64,000 nucleotides of DNA from an uncultured Planctomycetaceae bacterium. GTDB taxonomy: Bacteria; Planctomycetota; Planctomycetia; Planctomycetales; Planctomycetaceae. The stretch covers positions 320,001 through 384,000 of the forward strand of contig CAWFAK010000008.1 in NCBI GenBank assembly GCA_963813715.1. Reading direction: 5' to 3'. The first letter of the stretch is position 1; each line of letters begins with the position of its first letter. The position numbers and the translations under genes were made by a program. The notes below the pieces were generated by a model that saw only the letters and a list, made by a program, of their open reading frames with translations, was not told where the DNA came from and ran no database searches. Below, piece after piece: positions 23,969 through 38,183 of the stretch.

Positions 23969-25024
23969 ATGCAACACCGACCGGAAGTGCCGGCTGTTGA
24001 GATCCTCTGGATCACGGCCGGACTTGGGTGCGATGGCGATTCCATATCGTTCACGGCCGCCACGCAGCCGACCATCGAAGATCTCTTGCGCGGCGCGATC
24101 CCCGGTCTGCCCGAAGTGACCCTCCGCCACCCGGTGCTGGCGTTTCAGACGGGCGAGGAGTTTTTGCAGCCCTTCCATCAGGCGGCGATGGGCAAGCTCG
24201 GCAAGCCCTTCGTGCTAGTGGTGGAAGGGTCGATTCCGAACGAAAACAACAAAGAGGCCGGCTATTGGGCCGCCTTGGGGACCGATCCGGCAACCGGTCA
24301 GCCAATCACAACCTGTGAGTGGATCGATCGCCTTGTTCCGCACGCCTGGGCGGTCGTCGCCTGCGGCACGTGTGCGACTTACGGCGGCATCCACGCGATG
24401 CAGGGAAATCCGACTGGCTGTATGGGCCTGGCCGACTATCTGGGATGGGATTGGCGGTCGTCGGCGGACATTCCGCTCGTCTGCGTTCCCGGGTGCCCGG
24501 TGCAGCCCGACAACTTTATGGAGGTCGTTGTCTATTTGCTGAACCAGGCGGCGGGCAAATATCCGATGATCCCCCTCGATCCGCAGCTGCGGCCGACGTG
24601 GCTCTTCGGCAACACAGTGCACGAAGGGTGCGATCGCGGCGGCTACTACGAGCAGGCTGACTTCGCCGGACATCACGAAGCCGGCTCGCCCAAGTGCATC
24701 GTCAAGCTGGGCTGCTGGGGTCCGGTCGTGCAATGCAACGTGGGCAAGCGCGGCTGGATGAACGGCATCGGCGGCTGCCCGAACGTCGGCGGAGTGTGCA
24801 TTGGCTGCACGATGCCCGGCTTCCCCGACAAGTTCATGCCGTTCCTGGAAGAGCCTCCCGGCGCACAGCTCTCGACGACGGCCGTCGTGATGTATGGAAA
24901 GACCGTCCGCGCGTTGCGGAGTTTCACGCGGGCCTCGCTCAACCGCGAGCCCGAGTGGCGGCAGACGAAGAACGGATCGACTTCACATCCGCTCGAGACC
25001 GAGACACAGCTCTCGGGTCGCTGA
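23969..25024 (+). CDS. hhyS: Group 1h [NiFe]-hydrogenase small subunit
   Basis: ILWITAGLGCDGD, VEGSIPNE, GTCATYGGI, PGCP, HEGCDR, KLGCWGPVVQC and GGVCIGCTMPGFPD. No Tat signal. GGAGG RBS. Confidence 0.9.
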   Translation: MQHRPEVPAVEILWITAGLGCDGDSISFTAATQPTIEDLLRGAIPGLPEVTLRHPVLAFQTGEEFLQPFHQAAMGKLGKPFVLVVEGSIPNENNKEAGYWAALGTDPATGQPITTCEWIDRLVPHAWAVVACGTCATYGGIHAMQGNPTGCMGLADYLGWDWRSSADIPLVCVPGCPVQPDNFMEVVVYLLNQAAGKYPMIPLDPQLRPTWLFGNTVHEGCDRGGYYEQADFAGHHEAGSPKCIVKLGCWGPVVQCNVGKRGWMNGIGGCPNVGGVCIGCTMPGFPDKFMPFLEEPPGAQLSTTAVVMYGKTVRALRSFTRASLNREPEWRQTKNGSTSHPLETETQLSGR

Positions 25025-25049
25025 CGGATCTAGTCGGGGGGAATCGCAC

Positions 25050-26850
25050 ATCGCCACCAAGCTTTCGCCGCCGCCGCCGACCTCAAAACTGGTCGAAATG
25101 TCGTGGGACCCCATTACCCGCATCGTCGGGAGTTTGGGGATCTACACCAAGATCGATTTCGCCGCGCGCCGCGTGGCCGAGTGCTACAGCACCTCGTCCA
25201 TCTTTCGCGGCTACAGCGTGTTTATGAAGGGGAAGGACCCCCGGGACGCTCACTTCATCACGAGCCGCATCTGCGGCATCTGCGGCGATAACCACGCCAC
25301 CTGCGCCTGCTACGCCCAGAACATGGCCTTCGGCATCCAGCCGCCGCCGCTGGCCGAATGGATTATCAATCTCGGCGAAGCGGCCGAGTACATGTTCGAC
25401 CACAACCTCTACCAGGACAACCTGGTGGGAGTCGACTTCTGCGAGCAGATGGTCCGCCAGACGAATCCGTCGGTCCTGGCTCGGGCCGAGCGCACGCCCG
25501 CGCCCATGCCGGACTGCACGGCTACCGCACCATCGCCGACATCATGCGCTCGCTCAACCCGTTCGAGGGGGGCTTCTACCTCAAGTGCCTGGAGATGAGC
25601 CGGCTCACGCGGGAAATGTTTTGCCTGATGGAGGGACGCCACGTCCACCCGTCGACGCTTTATCCCGGCGGCGTCGGCACCGTGCCGAGCGTGCAGCTCT
25701 TCAACGACTACCTGGTGCGGCTGCTCAAATACGTCGAGTTCATGAAGCGCGTCGTTCCGCTGCACGACGACCTGTTCGACTTCTTTTACGAAGCGCTGCC
25801 CGGTTACGAAGAGGTCGGGCGACGCCGCATTCTGTTGGGTTGCTGGGGCTCGTTCAACGACCCCGAAGCCTGCACCTATAAATACGAGACGATGGCCGAC
25901 TGGGGCCGCAAGATGTACGTCACGCCCGGCGTCGTCGTCGACGGCAAGCTGGTGACGACCAGCCTGCTCGACATCAACCTGGGCCTGCGGATTTGTCTGG
26001 GCAGCTCGTTCTACGACGACTGGCAACACACCGAACCATTCGTCACGCATGATCCTCTGGGTAACCCGATCGACAAGCGGCATCCCTGGAACCAGACCAC
26101 CACGCCCCGGCCGCAGAAGCGCGACTTCAACGAGCGCTACACGTGGGTGATGTCCCCCCGCTGGCATGACTCGCGGACCGGCGAGAACCTGGCGCTCGAC
26201 ACGGGGGGCGGCCCGCTCGCCCGGCTTTGGACGACGGCCCTCGCGCAGCAGGTCGACATTGGCTACGTGAAGTCGACCGGCACGAGCGTGAAGATCTATC
26301 TGCCCAAAACGGTGAAGCTGCCCGAGGTCGAATTGGAATGGAAGATCCCCCGCTGGAGCAACACGCTCGAGCGGGACCGGGCGCGGACCTATTTTCAGGC
26401 GTACGCCGCGGCGGCTGCGCTTTATTTCTCGAGCGCGCTCTCGAGTGCCTGCACGCCGGCAAGCTGGAAACGTCCGTCGATTACAGTGTCCCCAGTGACG
26501 CGATCGGCTGCGGCTTCCACGAGGCGGTGCGGGGCGTTCTGTCCCATCACGTCGTGATTCGCGACGGCAAAATCGCCAACTATCACCCGTATCCGCCGAC
26601 CTGCTGGAACGCCAGTCCCCGCGATAGCGCCGGCATTCCCGGCCCCTACGAAGATGCGGTGCAGAACACACCGCTGTTCGAGGAGAACGACGCCGATCAC
26701 TTCAAGGGGATCGACATCTTGCGGACGGTTCGCAGTTTCGATCCCTGCCTGCCTTGCGGCGTTCACATGTATCTTGGCCCGGGGAAAGAGTTGGCCGTCC
26801 AACATAACCCCCGGTTCGGCGCACCACCCTTGTCCGATGCAGGCGGATAA
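25050..26850 (+). CDS. hhyL: Group 1h [NiFe]-hydrogenase large subunit (frameshifts ~25503 and ~26429)
   Basis: EMSWDPITRIVGSLG, L1 motif RICGICGDNH, HEAVRGVLSH and L2 motif DPCLPCGVH plus a C-terminal extension. Start is uncertain (ATC 25050 after an RBS, or ATG 25098). Confidence 0.9.
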
Positions 26851-26939
26851 GGGCTGAGACGGTCGCTGTGGTCGATCGCCGCCGCGATTTAAAAAAAACG
26901 GCGTTCAAGGATGGCCAGTTCCGCAGGAGCGATTTTCAG

Positions 26940-29631
<2,692 letters not shown>

Positions 29632-29661
29632 CAATCCGCGCGAACTGCGCCGGGCAGCCGG

Positions 29662-30815
29662 TCAGGCCAGCGCCCGCAGGCCGCGCGTCAATCGCTCGAG
29701 CCCGTCGCGAATCTCCGGTGCCGAGCCGCCGAAGCCAATGCGAAAGTGGTCCGTGCAGTCGGCGCCGAAGAAACGGCCCGGCGACACGAGCAGGCTGAAC
29801 TCGCTCTGCAAGCGTTCGGCCACGCGGTCGAACTCAAGTCGGCCTGTCCAGCGGGGAAAATAGAGGCAACCCGCCGGGGGCACGTCGCCCGCCAGCAGGT
29901 TCGCCTGCCGCAGTTCGTGTGTCCCGGCCGAGACCAGCGCCGGTTCGTCGCCAAGTGGGCGAGGCTCTCCTGCAAGAGCCCGTCGATTTGCTCAAACGCC
30001 ATGAGCGAGAGCGCTTCCAGGATTTTCGAGCCGATGCTCTCGAACTGGATCCAGTCGTTCAAAAGCTGCGGGTAGCGACCACGATCGGCGATCACCCAGC
30101 CGCAGCGCAGCGCGCCTAAGCCAAACGTTTTCGTGAGGCTGCTGACGGTGGCGATGCACGGATCGATGTCGGCCGCCGTGCGAAAGGGCTCCGCGCCGAG
30201 GCCGAGAAACGTCTCATCGATGATGATCGTGATGTGGGGCGCGACGGATTTGACCGCGAGGGCCAACTGGCCGACTTCGTCGCGCGTCAAAAAGCTGCCG
30301 GTTGGATTGTGGAGATTGGAGACGACGAGCGCCGTCGTCGTCGGCCGTACAGCCCGGCAAAAAGCTTCGGCGAGGTCTCCCGGCTTCCGCTCGAGCGGAA
30401 TCGGCACGGAGACGACGTTGGCGGCGTACCGCGCCGGCAGGATGGCCAGCGGCTGGTAGGTGGGCGATTCGACCAGCACTTCGAGCCCTGGTTTACCGGC
30501 GTAGAGCGAATCGCACAGCAGCCGATACGCGGCCGACGCGCCGGCTGCGAGATAAATCTCGCGGTCGTCCGGCACGCGATAGGTCCGGCGAATCGCGTCT
30601 TTCAGCGCGGGCAAGCCATACTCGTTGGTTGCGGTCATCCGCTCGAGCAGCGCCGGCAGCCGCTCCCGGCAGACGCGCTCGAACCACGTATCGACCGACG
30701 CCGTGTGGACTCCCGAAGTCGACAGGTTGGCGATGCGACCGCCGGCTCCCGCTTTGTCGAGCGACACTACGTGATGCTTGATCCAACCAACGAACGACTC
30801 GGGCAATTCCGGCAT
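29662..30815 (-). CDS. PLP-dependent aminotransferase class I/II (frameshift ~29930)
   Basis: SNLHNPTG, IIDETF, SSLTKTFGLGALRCGW and C-terminal HFRIGFG. Confidence 0.9.
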
Positions 30816-30931
30816 CCGCTTCTCTCCGGGGCAACGATGCGGTGGTCGCGACTTGCGGCGCCTCGATTGGGCCGCGCGACCAGCTCGCAGAATGCTCACA
30901 CGCCACATGCCAGCTTAACCAAGCGGAGTGA

Positions 30932-33855
30932 CTATTTGCGCTTAGGCGGCGTGCGGCCGGTCTTCTTCTTCGCGGCCGGCGTTTTTCGCGCGGCGGACGT
31001 CTTCGGTGCGGCGGCTTTGCCGGTGGCCACCTTGGTGCCAGGAGCCGACGTGTCGGCCAGCTTCTTCTTGGCGGTGCCGGCGGCCGATTTGCCGCTGAGG
31101 CGTCTTGGCGTGCTCGCTCGGTCTTTTGGCCGTTGCTTGGCTTTTTTGCTCGGGCTGCCGCTCCGCGACGGCCGCGGACGGGACCACCGCGCGCGGCCTT
31201 TTCGGCGGCCCATTGGGCCACTTGTTCGAGGGTCACTTCCTCGAGGCCGGTCCCTTTGGGGATGGTGACGTTGATGTCGCCGTAACGGACAAACGGTCCG
31301 TAGCGTCCCTCGAAGATGGCGACCGGGCTGGCATCTTCCGGGTGTTTTCCCAGCTCACGAACGGGCGTGGCGCTGGCCCGCTTGCGGGCCTGTTTGAGCA
31401 TCTCGACTGCCGTCTCGAGGTCGACGTTCAGCACGTCGGACTTGCGGCCGTTGATGTCGAACGTGCCGTCCTTGCCGAACGACTTGAAGACCCCTTCGTG
31501 AACCACGTACGGGCCGAACCGGCCGATTCCCGCTTTCACCGGCTTGCCGCTCTCGGGATGGTTGCCCAAGGTGCGCGGCAGGGCGAGCAGCTTCATGGCC
31601 GTCTCGAGCGAGACAGTAGCCGGCTCGATGCTCTTGGGAATGCTGGCTCGGCGGGGCTTCGGGCCGTCCTCGATGACGTCGCCCAGTTGCAGATAGGGTC
31701 CGTAGGGACCGGCGAGCACATAGATCGGCTGACTCGTCTCGGGATCGAGGCCCAACGGCTCGGAGCCGCGCTGCTTTTCTTCGAGGAGCCGCGTGGCCAC
31801 GTCGGCCGAGATATCGGCCGGAGCGACGTCGTCCGGGATGGAAACGGTGAGCTTCTTGCCGTCGGTTTCCTGCTCGAAGAACGGGCCGAAACGTCCGACG
31901 CGGATCACCGGCACCAAGCCGTTAATCCGCAGCGAACAGGCTTCGCGTGGGTCGATCGATTCTTCCTTGGCCTTCACCTGCTCCACCAGTCCGTCGGAAC
32001 CGGCGTAAAAACTCGTGAGGTAAGGCAGCCGCTCGGCTTCGCCATTCGAGATGTCGTCGAGCGTCTGCTCCATCTTGGCGGTGAAGCCGAGATCGACGAG
32101 CCGCGGGAAGTATTTTTCAAGCAGCTTCGTGACGGCCAGCGCCGTAAAAGTAGGCACGAGCTGGTTGCCCGATTTGCGGACGTATCCGCGGTCTTGAATT
32201 GTGCTGATGATACTGGCGTACGTGCTCGGCCGGCCGATCCCTTCGGCTTCGAGCGTGCGGACCAGGCTCGCGTCCGTGTAGCGGGCGGGGGGCTTCGTCT
32301 CGTGCGAAACCGCCTCGAGCTGGCGACAGGAGAGCGACGAATCGGTCGAGAGCGGCGGCAGGGCCGACTCCTGGTCGTCCATGGCGGCGTCGGGATCATC
32401 CACGCCTTCGACGTAGGCGCGGAAATAACCGGGAAACTCGATGTGCCGGCCCGTCGCGCGGAACTCGGCTTCGCCCGATTTGATCGTCACCGTCTGGAAC
32501 ATGAGCTGTGCGTCGACCATCTGCGAGGCGACCGTCCGCTTCCAGATCATCGCGTAAAGCTCGGCCTCGCGGCCGAGGAGCGACAATTCCTCGGCCGTGT
32601 GCATCTCGGTGCCCGCCGGCCGAATAGCCTCGTGCGCTTCCTGGGCATTGCGGCTCTTGGTGGTGTAGGTGCGTTCGTTGGCTTCGAGGTAATTGGTGCC
32701 GTAGCGTTCGCTGACACATTTTCGCACGGCCGTGATCGCCTCGCGCGAAAGCTGCACGCTGTCCGTACGCATGTAAGTGATGTAGCCGTCTTCGTACAGC
32801 CGCTGGGCGACCGACATCGTGTCGCGGGCACTGTAGCCCAGCTTGCGGTTGGCTTCCTGCTGCAAGGTGCTGGTGGTGAAGGGAGGCGAAGGACGCCGGA
32901 CCTGCGGCCGCTGCTCGACGTCGGTCACGGCCCAGGGGCCGGCCGCCGCACGATCGCGGAGACTCGTGGCCTCCGGCTCAGAAAGCAGTACGACCTCCGA
33001 CCCGGCCTTGAGCTTGCCCGTCGACTCGTCGAAGTCCTTGCCGGTGGCAATGCGACGGCCGTTTACCGCGGTCAGCGTGGCCTCAAACTCCCGCTCTTCG
33101 GCGGCGGCCTGCGACGACTCCGGGTGAGGCACGGCCAATCGTGCCTTGAGGTCCCAGTACGTACCGCTGCGGAAAGCCATCCGTTCCAGCTCGCGCTGGA
33201 CCAGCAGCCGCACGGCCACCGATTGCACGCGTCCGGCGGAGAGGCCGCGGGCGATCTTCTTCCACAACAGCGGGCTGAGCGTGTAGCCGTAGAGCCGGTC
33301 GAGCACGCGGCGCGTTTCCTGGGCTTCGACCAGCTTCTCGTCGATCTCCCGCGTGTGCAGAATGGCGTTTTGGATGGCCTCGTTGGTGATTTCGGAAAAG
33401 ACCATCCGTTTGACGGGCACGCGTGGCTTCAAGAGCTGGCTCAAATGCCAGCCGATGCTCTCCCCCTCGCGGTCTTCGTCGGTCGCCAGAATCAGTTCCG
33501 AAGCATTCTTCATGGCCTGCTTCAGCTGGCTGACGGTTTTCCGCTTCGACTGCGGAATGACGTAGACGGGCTCGAATTCGTGCTCGACATTCACGCCGAG
33601 CGTCGCCCAGGATTTTTTCTGCTGCTTGATTTCTTCGGGGACTTCCGCGGCCTTGGCGGGCAGGTCGCGGACGTGGCCCATGCTGGCCATGACCGAGTAG
33701 TTCTTGCCCAAGAACCCGCCGATCTTGCGGGCTTTGGCCGGCGATTCGACGATCACCAGGCTGGGACGGCCGCTTCGCGCGGTCGCAGGGGCGCCGCCGT
33801 CGCCGTCTTTTCCTCGGCCGCGTGCTGTCGCCGCCTTGGTTTTTTTTCTCGCCAC
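30932..33855 (-). CDS. topA: DNA topoisomerase I (frameshift in the Lys/Ala-rich tail ~31150)
   Basis: IVESPAKA, ATDEDREGE, SAGRVQS, catalytic ITYMRTD, GIGRPSTY, C-terminal G(R/P)(F/Y)GP repeats and a basic tail in ORF 30932..31213. Confidence 0.96.
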
Positions 33856-34501
33856 TCAAACAATCCTTAGTACGCTCGCGTTATCCGCTCCAAGTGCGAG
33901 GACCCGCTCTAAGTGCAAGAGGCCATTAGGTCTGTTGGACTTGTACCCACCCAATCGAGAGCTACAATGCGCGGCGATTCGAGCCCCCGGACCGCGTGTC
34001 GCGTTTCGGATTGCTCGGGCCTTTCGCCTTGCACCGGATACGCCGGGATCCGATGCTAAGCTCGTGGCTTACGACGCGGACGCTCGACGGCGCCGCGAAC
34101 TTTTGTTGATGATCGCGGCGGCCGAGACTGGGCCATGATTAAGTTAAGTCTCTCAAGTCTGTCAAGTGTCTGCTGTTCGGTGCGGACATGAAGCGGGCGC
34201 GACGGCGCCTCGGTCACTGGGTAAGTCGCACTACAAATGATTGCCCAGTCGAGCCCAGCGATTCCAACAAGTCGAGCCCGGTATCGTAAGTTTTCTTAGT
34301 GTAGGTGTGTGTTTGATTTGTCTTTTTCGGCCGGTCACGACAGACGACGGTCCGCTACGAAATTCGAACAAATTCCGGCGAGCCGCTGCGCGGTGAACGG
34401 CCGGCCGCACATACGTTTTGAACCACTCCGAATCTTGAACGAAGTCGCATCTTGAACGAATAATTGCGACGGCCAATCGCCGTCGCAGCTCGAGGAAAGT
34501 C

Positions 34502-37159
34502 ATGCAGTCCCCCTTCGCGATCTTCCGCAAGCACCAAAAAGTGGCCATGGTCATCCTCACCGGATTGTCCATGTTCGCCTTCGTCGTCATGGACCAGCTG
34601 CGGGCCGAAAGTCCGATGACGATGCCGATTCTGGCGGCCGCCATCGGCATGATGGTCTTCGGCTTTTACGGGTATCGCCGCGGCGAGCCGGTCACTTGGG
34701 GTGTGGCGGGAACGGCGCTGGGCATCGCGATTGCCGTCGTGGCCATGCGTTTCACGCCAGGGCCCAAGCCCCCCGTGCAGACGGCCATGGGCGACATCTC
34801 GCACGACAATCTCAACAACCTGATTACCAGGCGAAACAACGCCAATAACTTTTTGCAGAGGGCGTTCGAGAAGATTTCGCCTCCCCGCAGTCAAAATCCG
34901 ATGTATCTGCAGTATTACGAGCAGCAGCTGCGGAGCATCTTGTTCGATTTCGGCCTCAGCCAAGGGAACGATCCCACGAACGATGTGATCATGGGCTTCC
35001 TGCTCGACAAGGAAGCCGACGACATGGGCCTGTCGGTCTCCGACGGCGCCATTTCGGACTACATCAACAAGGTCACCGATAACAAGCTTTCGCCCACTGA
35101 ATATGGGGACATCCTCAAATCGCTGCGGCTGACCGACCAGCAGGTCTACGATGCCATCCGCGGCGAGCTGCGGGCTCGCCTGGCGATGGAGATGTTGCTG
35201 CCCCACGCCTCGCCGACGCCCGAGCAGTATTGGGACGACTATCGCAAGCTGCAGGTCACCGAAACGCTGGATGTGGCCGCCGTGCCCGTCGCCGACTTCC
35301 TCGCCGAGGCCCCGAAGCCGAGCGACGAAGAGATCCGCAAGTACTACGACGCCTGGAAGGGAATTGCGCCCGAGGCTCAAGGAGCGCCCGGCCTGATGCA
35401 GCCGAGGCGTGCGCGGATCGAATACCTCGAGGCCGACTTTGCCGAGTTGGAAAAGCAGGTCGCCGCCAAGCCGGTCAGCGATGCCGAAGTCAAAAAGTAC
35501 TATGAGGACCACAAGCAGGAATACCGCAATCGGCCGCCGGCCGGTTCTTCCAGCGTCAATCCGCTGATGGAGACGCCCAATGTGCTGACCGATCCCGGAC
35601 TGACGGCGCCGGCCGCGCCCGTGTTGCCCGCACCGCGTGTCGCCGCAAATGCCGCCGCCGGCCAAGCAGCCCACCGCTCCGACTCTCCCCGCGCCGAATG
35701 CACCGACGACCGCGCCTCCCGCCACTCCGGCGGCACCCAGCGGTTCCAAGTCGACGCCGGCACCGCAAAAGAGCGGCGATAAAAACTCGAAGTCGGGTGC
35801 GATGAACGATCGTCCCGCGCGAACCGGCAGCCATGACGGCGAAATGCTGGCTCTCGCCGACGGACCGTTCGACCGTCCGATCCAGGTCGCCTACCAGACG
35901 GCCTCTCCGGCGAAACCAGCCCCCAAGAGCGAAGCCGGCAAGAACGACGCCAAACCGGCAGCCCCGACGACCAAGACCGGACGGGCGCTCCTGCCGCCTC
36001 CCAGCCGCGCGAGCCGAAGCCACCAGCAATGCCGCGGACCGGTGGAGCGGCCAAAGCGGAAACCGAACCGGAATTTCGTCCGCTCGATGACCTGCTGCAG
36101 CGCGAGATCCGCGACCAGATCCTCCGCAATCGGACGGTCGAAGTCATGAAGGCTCGCGTCCAGGCCGGCTACGACTTTATGAAGAAGCTGGGCGAGCAAT
36201 TGATCCCGGCGGAAATTGGCGGCACGCCGGCGATGAACGCCGAAGAGCGGACCAAGGCGCTCAAAGATTACGCGGCCAAGCAGGGTCTCAAGTACGGGAT
36301 CACGCCGCTGCTCTCTCCCATGGAGCTCAACGAAGCGGTCGACAAGTACCCGATCGCCGCGGCCTCGGAGCCCCTCGATAATCCGTTCCAGAATCGCGAA
36401 CCGATCGGCGTGCTGCAGGAAGTCTTTGGCACGACGCCGGAAACTCTGTTCCAGCCGGCCCAGGCGGACGATCACGACGCGCATCGTTTCGCGTTCTGGA
36501 AGGTGGAAGACGTTCCCGATCACGTGCCGTCGCTCGACGAGCCAGGCGTGCGCGAACAGGTCGTCCGCGGCTGGCAGATCGCCACGTTCGCCGAAAAGGC
36601 CGCCGACACGCGTGCCAAAGAGCTGGCGGACGTTGCCCGCAAGAACAGCAAGCCGATGACGGAGGCCCTCGCCGGGCAGACGGTGACGAACAAGCCCAAG
36701 GGGCCGTCGCTCGTCGTCCTGCCGACGGCGCCCTTCTCCTGGTACACGACTAGCTCCACCGCACCGCAGGGCCTGATGCAAGATACGATGCCCAAGCTGT
36801 CCGACATCGCGGGGGTCAAAGGAGCCGACGACGCGTTCATGAAGACCGTCTTCGACGAGATGAAAGTCGGCGACGTCAAGGCCGTCCCGAATATGGGCGG
36901 CTCGATCTTCTACGTCGTCCGCGTCAAGAACCGGCACCCGGAGAACGCGGAAGAAATGGCCGCGTTTCGCGCCCGCTTCATGAAGGAGAACTTCTTCGGC
37001 AGTTTCCTCGGCCACTCGACGTACGAGTATTTGAACGCTCCGGCCGAGCAACGACTGGTGAGCGAATGGGCCGATCGGCTGTTCGCCAAGTACCAGGTGA
37101 AGCGGAACGCGGACGAAGAGCCCGTGCGCCAACCGCGCTCGCGGCGCCGGATGGGCTAA
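34502..37159 (+). CDS. Membrane-anchored PpiD/SurA-N-like periplasmic protein (frameshifts ~35640 and ~36000)
   Basis: IFRKHQK followed by TM helices, EADDMGLSVSDGAI, RRARIEYLEAD and repeated EI/VxKYY motifs. Three consecutive same-strand ORFs with host-like codon usage. Confidence 0.65.
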
Positions 37160-37188
37160 GGCACTGCGAATCTCGCGTCGTTGGCGGA

Positions 37189-38164
37189 TCAGCGCGGACG
37201 CAGAGTTCGCAGGAAGAACTGATCCACGGCGTCGGTCACGTAGGGTACGCACTGGATCGAGTGCGGGCAGTGGTCGACATGCGCGAGCCGCAGGTAGGTC
37301 AGATCGTGCCGGCCCGCCGCGGACAGCGCGGCCACATAGCGATCGGCCGTCTCGACGCCGACCTGGGCGTCGATCTCACCGTAAATTAAAAGGAGAGGCG
37401 GTCCCTGCGCGGCCACATGGTGCCCGGGAGAGGCTTGCTCGTACCGGGCCGCGCGGTCGCCCTCGGGCGGACCGCCCATAAAGCGACCGATCACTTCGCG
37501 CAACGTGCCACGACGGTAGTCCGCCACTAAATCGATCGGTCCGCTGTCGCTCACGGCCGCTTGCACGCGGCTCGACCGCTCGAGCGGTTGATTCCGATCT
37601 GCGGGATCTTCGCAAGCGGCCAACATCAGCGCGAGATGTCCGCCGGCCGAGTTGCCCCACGCGCCGAACTCCCGGCGCATCGAGCCCGTATTCGGCCGCG
37701 TGTTGTCGCAGCCAGCGGACGGCGTCCCGGCAGTCGTCGAGCGCGGCCGGATAGGGGGCCTCTTTCGACAGGCGGTAGTTGATCGTCGCCGCGGCGAAGC
37801 CCAGCCGGGCAAAGTCGACGATGTTGGCCGGGACATGGTGCTCATCGGAGGCGAAGCTCGATTTGTCTCCCGTGATCCAGCCGCCGCCGTGAATGACGAC
37901 GATCGTCGGAAACGGACCTTCGTGCGACTGGTCGGGGATCGCCAAATCCAACTGGCAGGCTTTGCAGCCACTCTTATAGGACAGATTCAAAGAGATGCGG
38001 ATGTAGGCCCGGTTTTTGCCCGTCACGACGGTCATCCGGGCGGCCGGCGGCGCGAATTTTGGTTTGGGAGCGGGTCCGTCGCCTGCAGTGGCGCTTGCCC
38101 CGCTCAGCATGATGAGCAACGAAAGGGCAGCCGCTCGCGTCGCGCGCCGACGGGTCGTCATCAC
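37189..38164 (-). CDS. Alpha/beta hydrolase (HSL/BD-FAE-like esterase), exported (frameshift ~37680)
   Basis: Signal peptide, HGGGW, INYRL, GNSAGGH, YGEID and a C-terminal His. Confidence 0.88.
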
Positions 38165-38183
38165 GTTCGGACCTTGTTCAATG

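Noticed and set aside
30493..31200. topA extension overlapping the aminotransferase
   Set aside because: Frameshift read-through. The Lys/Ala-rich tail ending at 30932 is the plausible true end.
31105..33870. Long antisense ORFs (921 aa here, also 20415..22673 and 52943..54574)
   Set aside because: These are shadow frames of high-GC genes. They lie opposite well-supported genes and carry no recognisable motifs.
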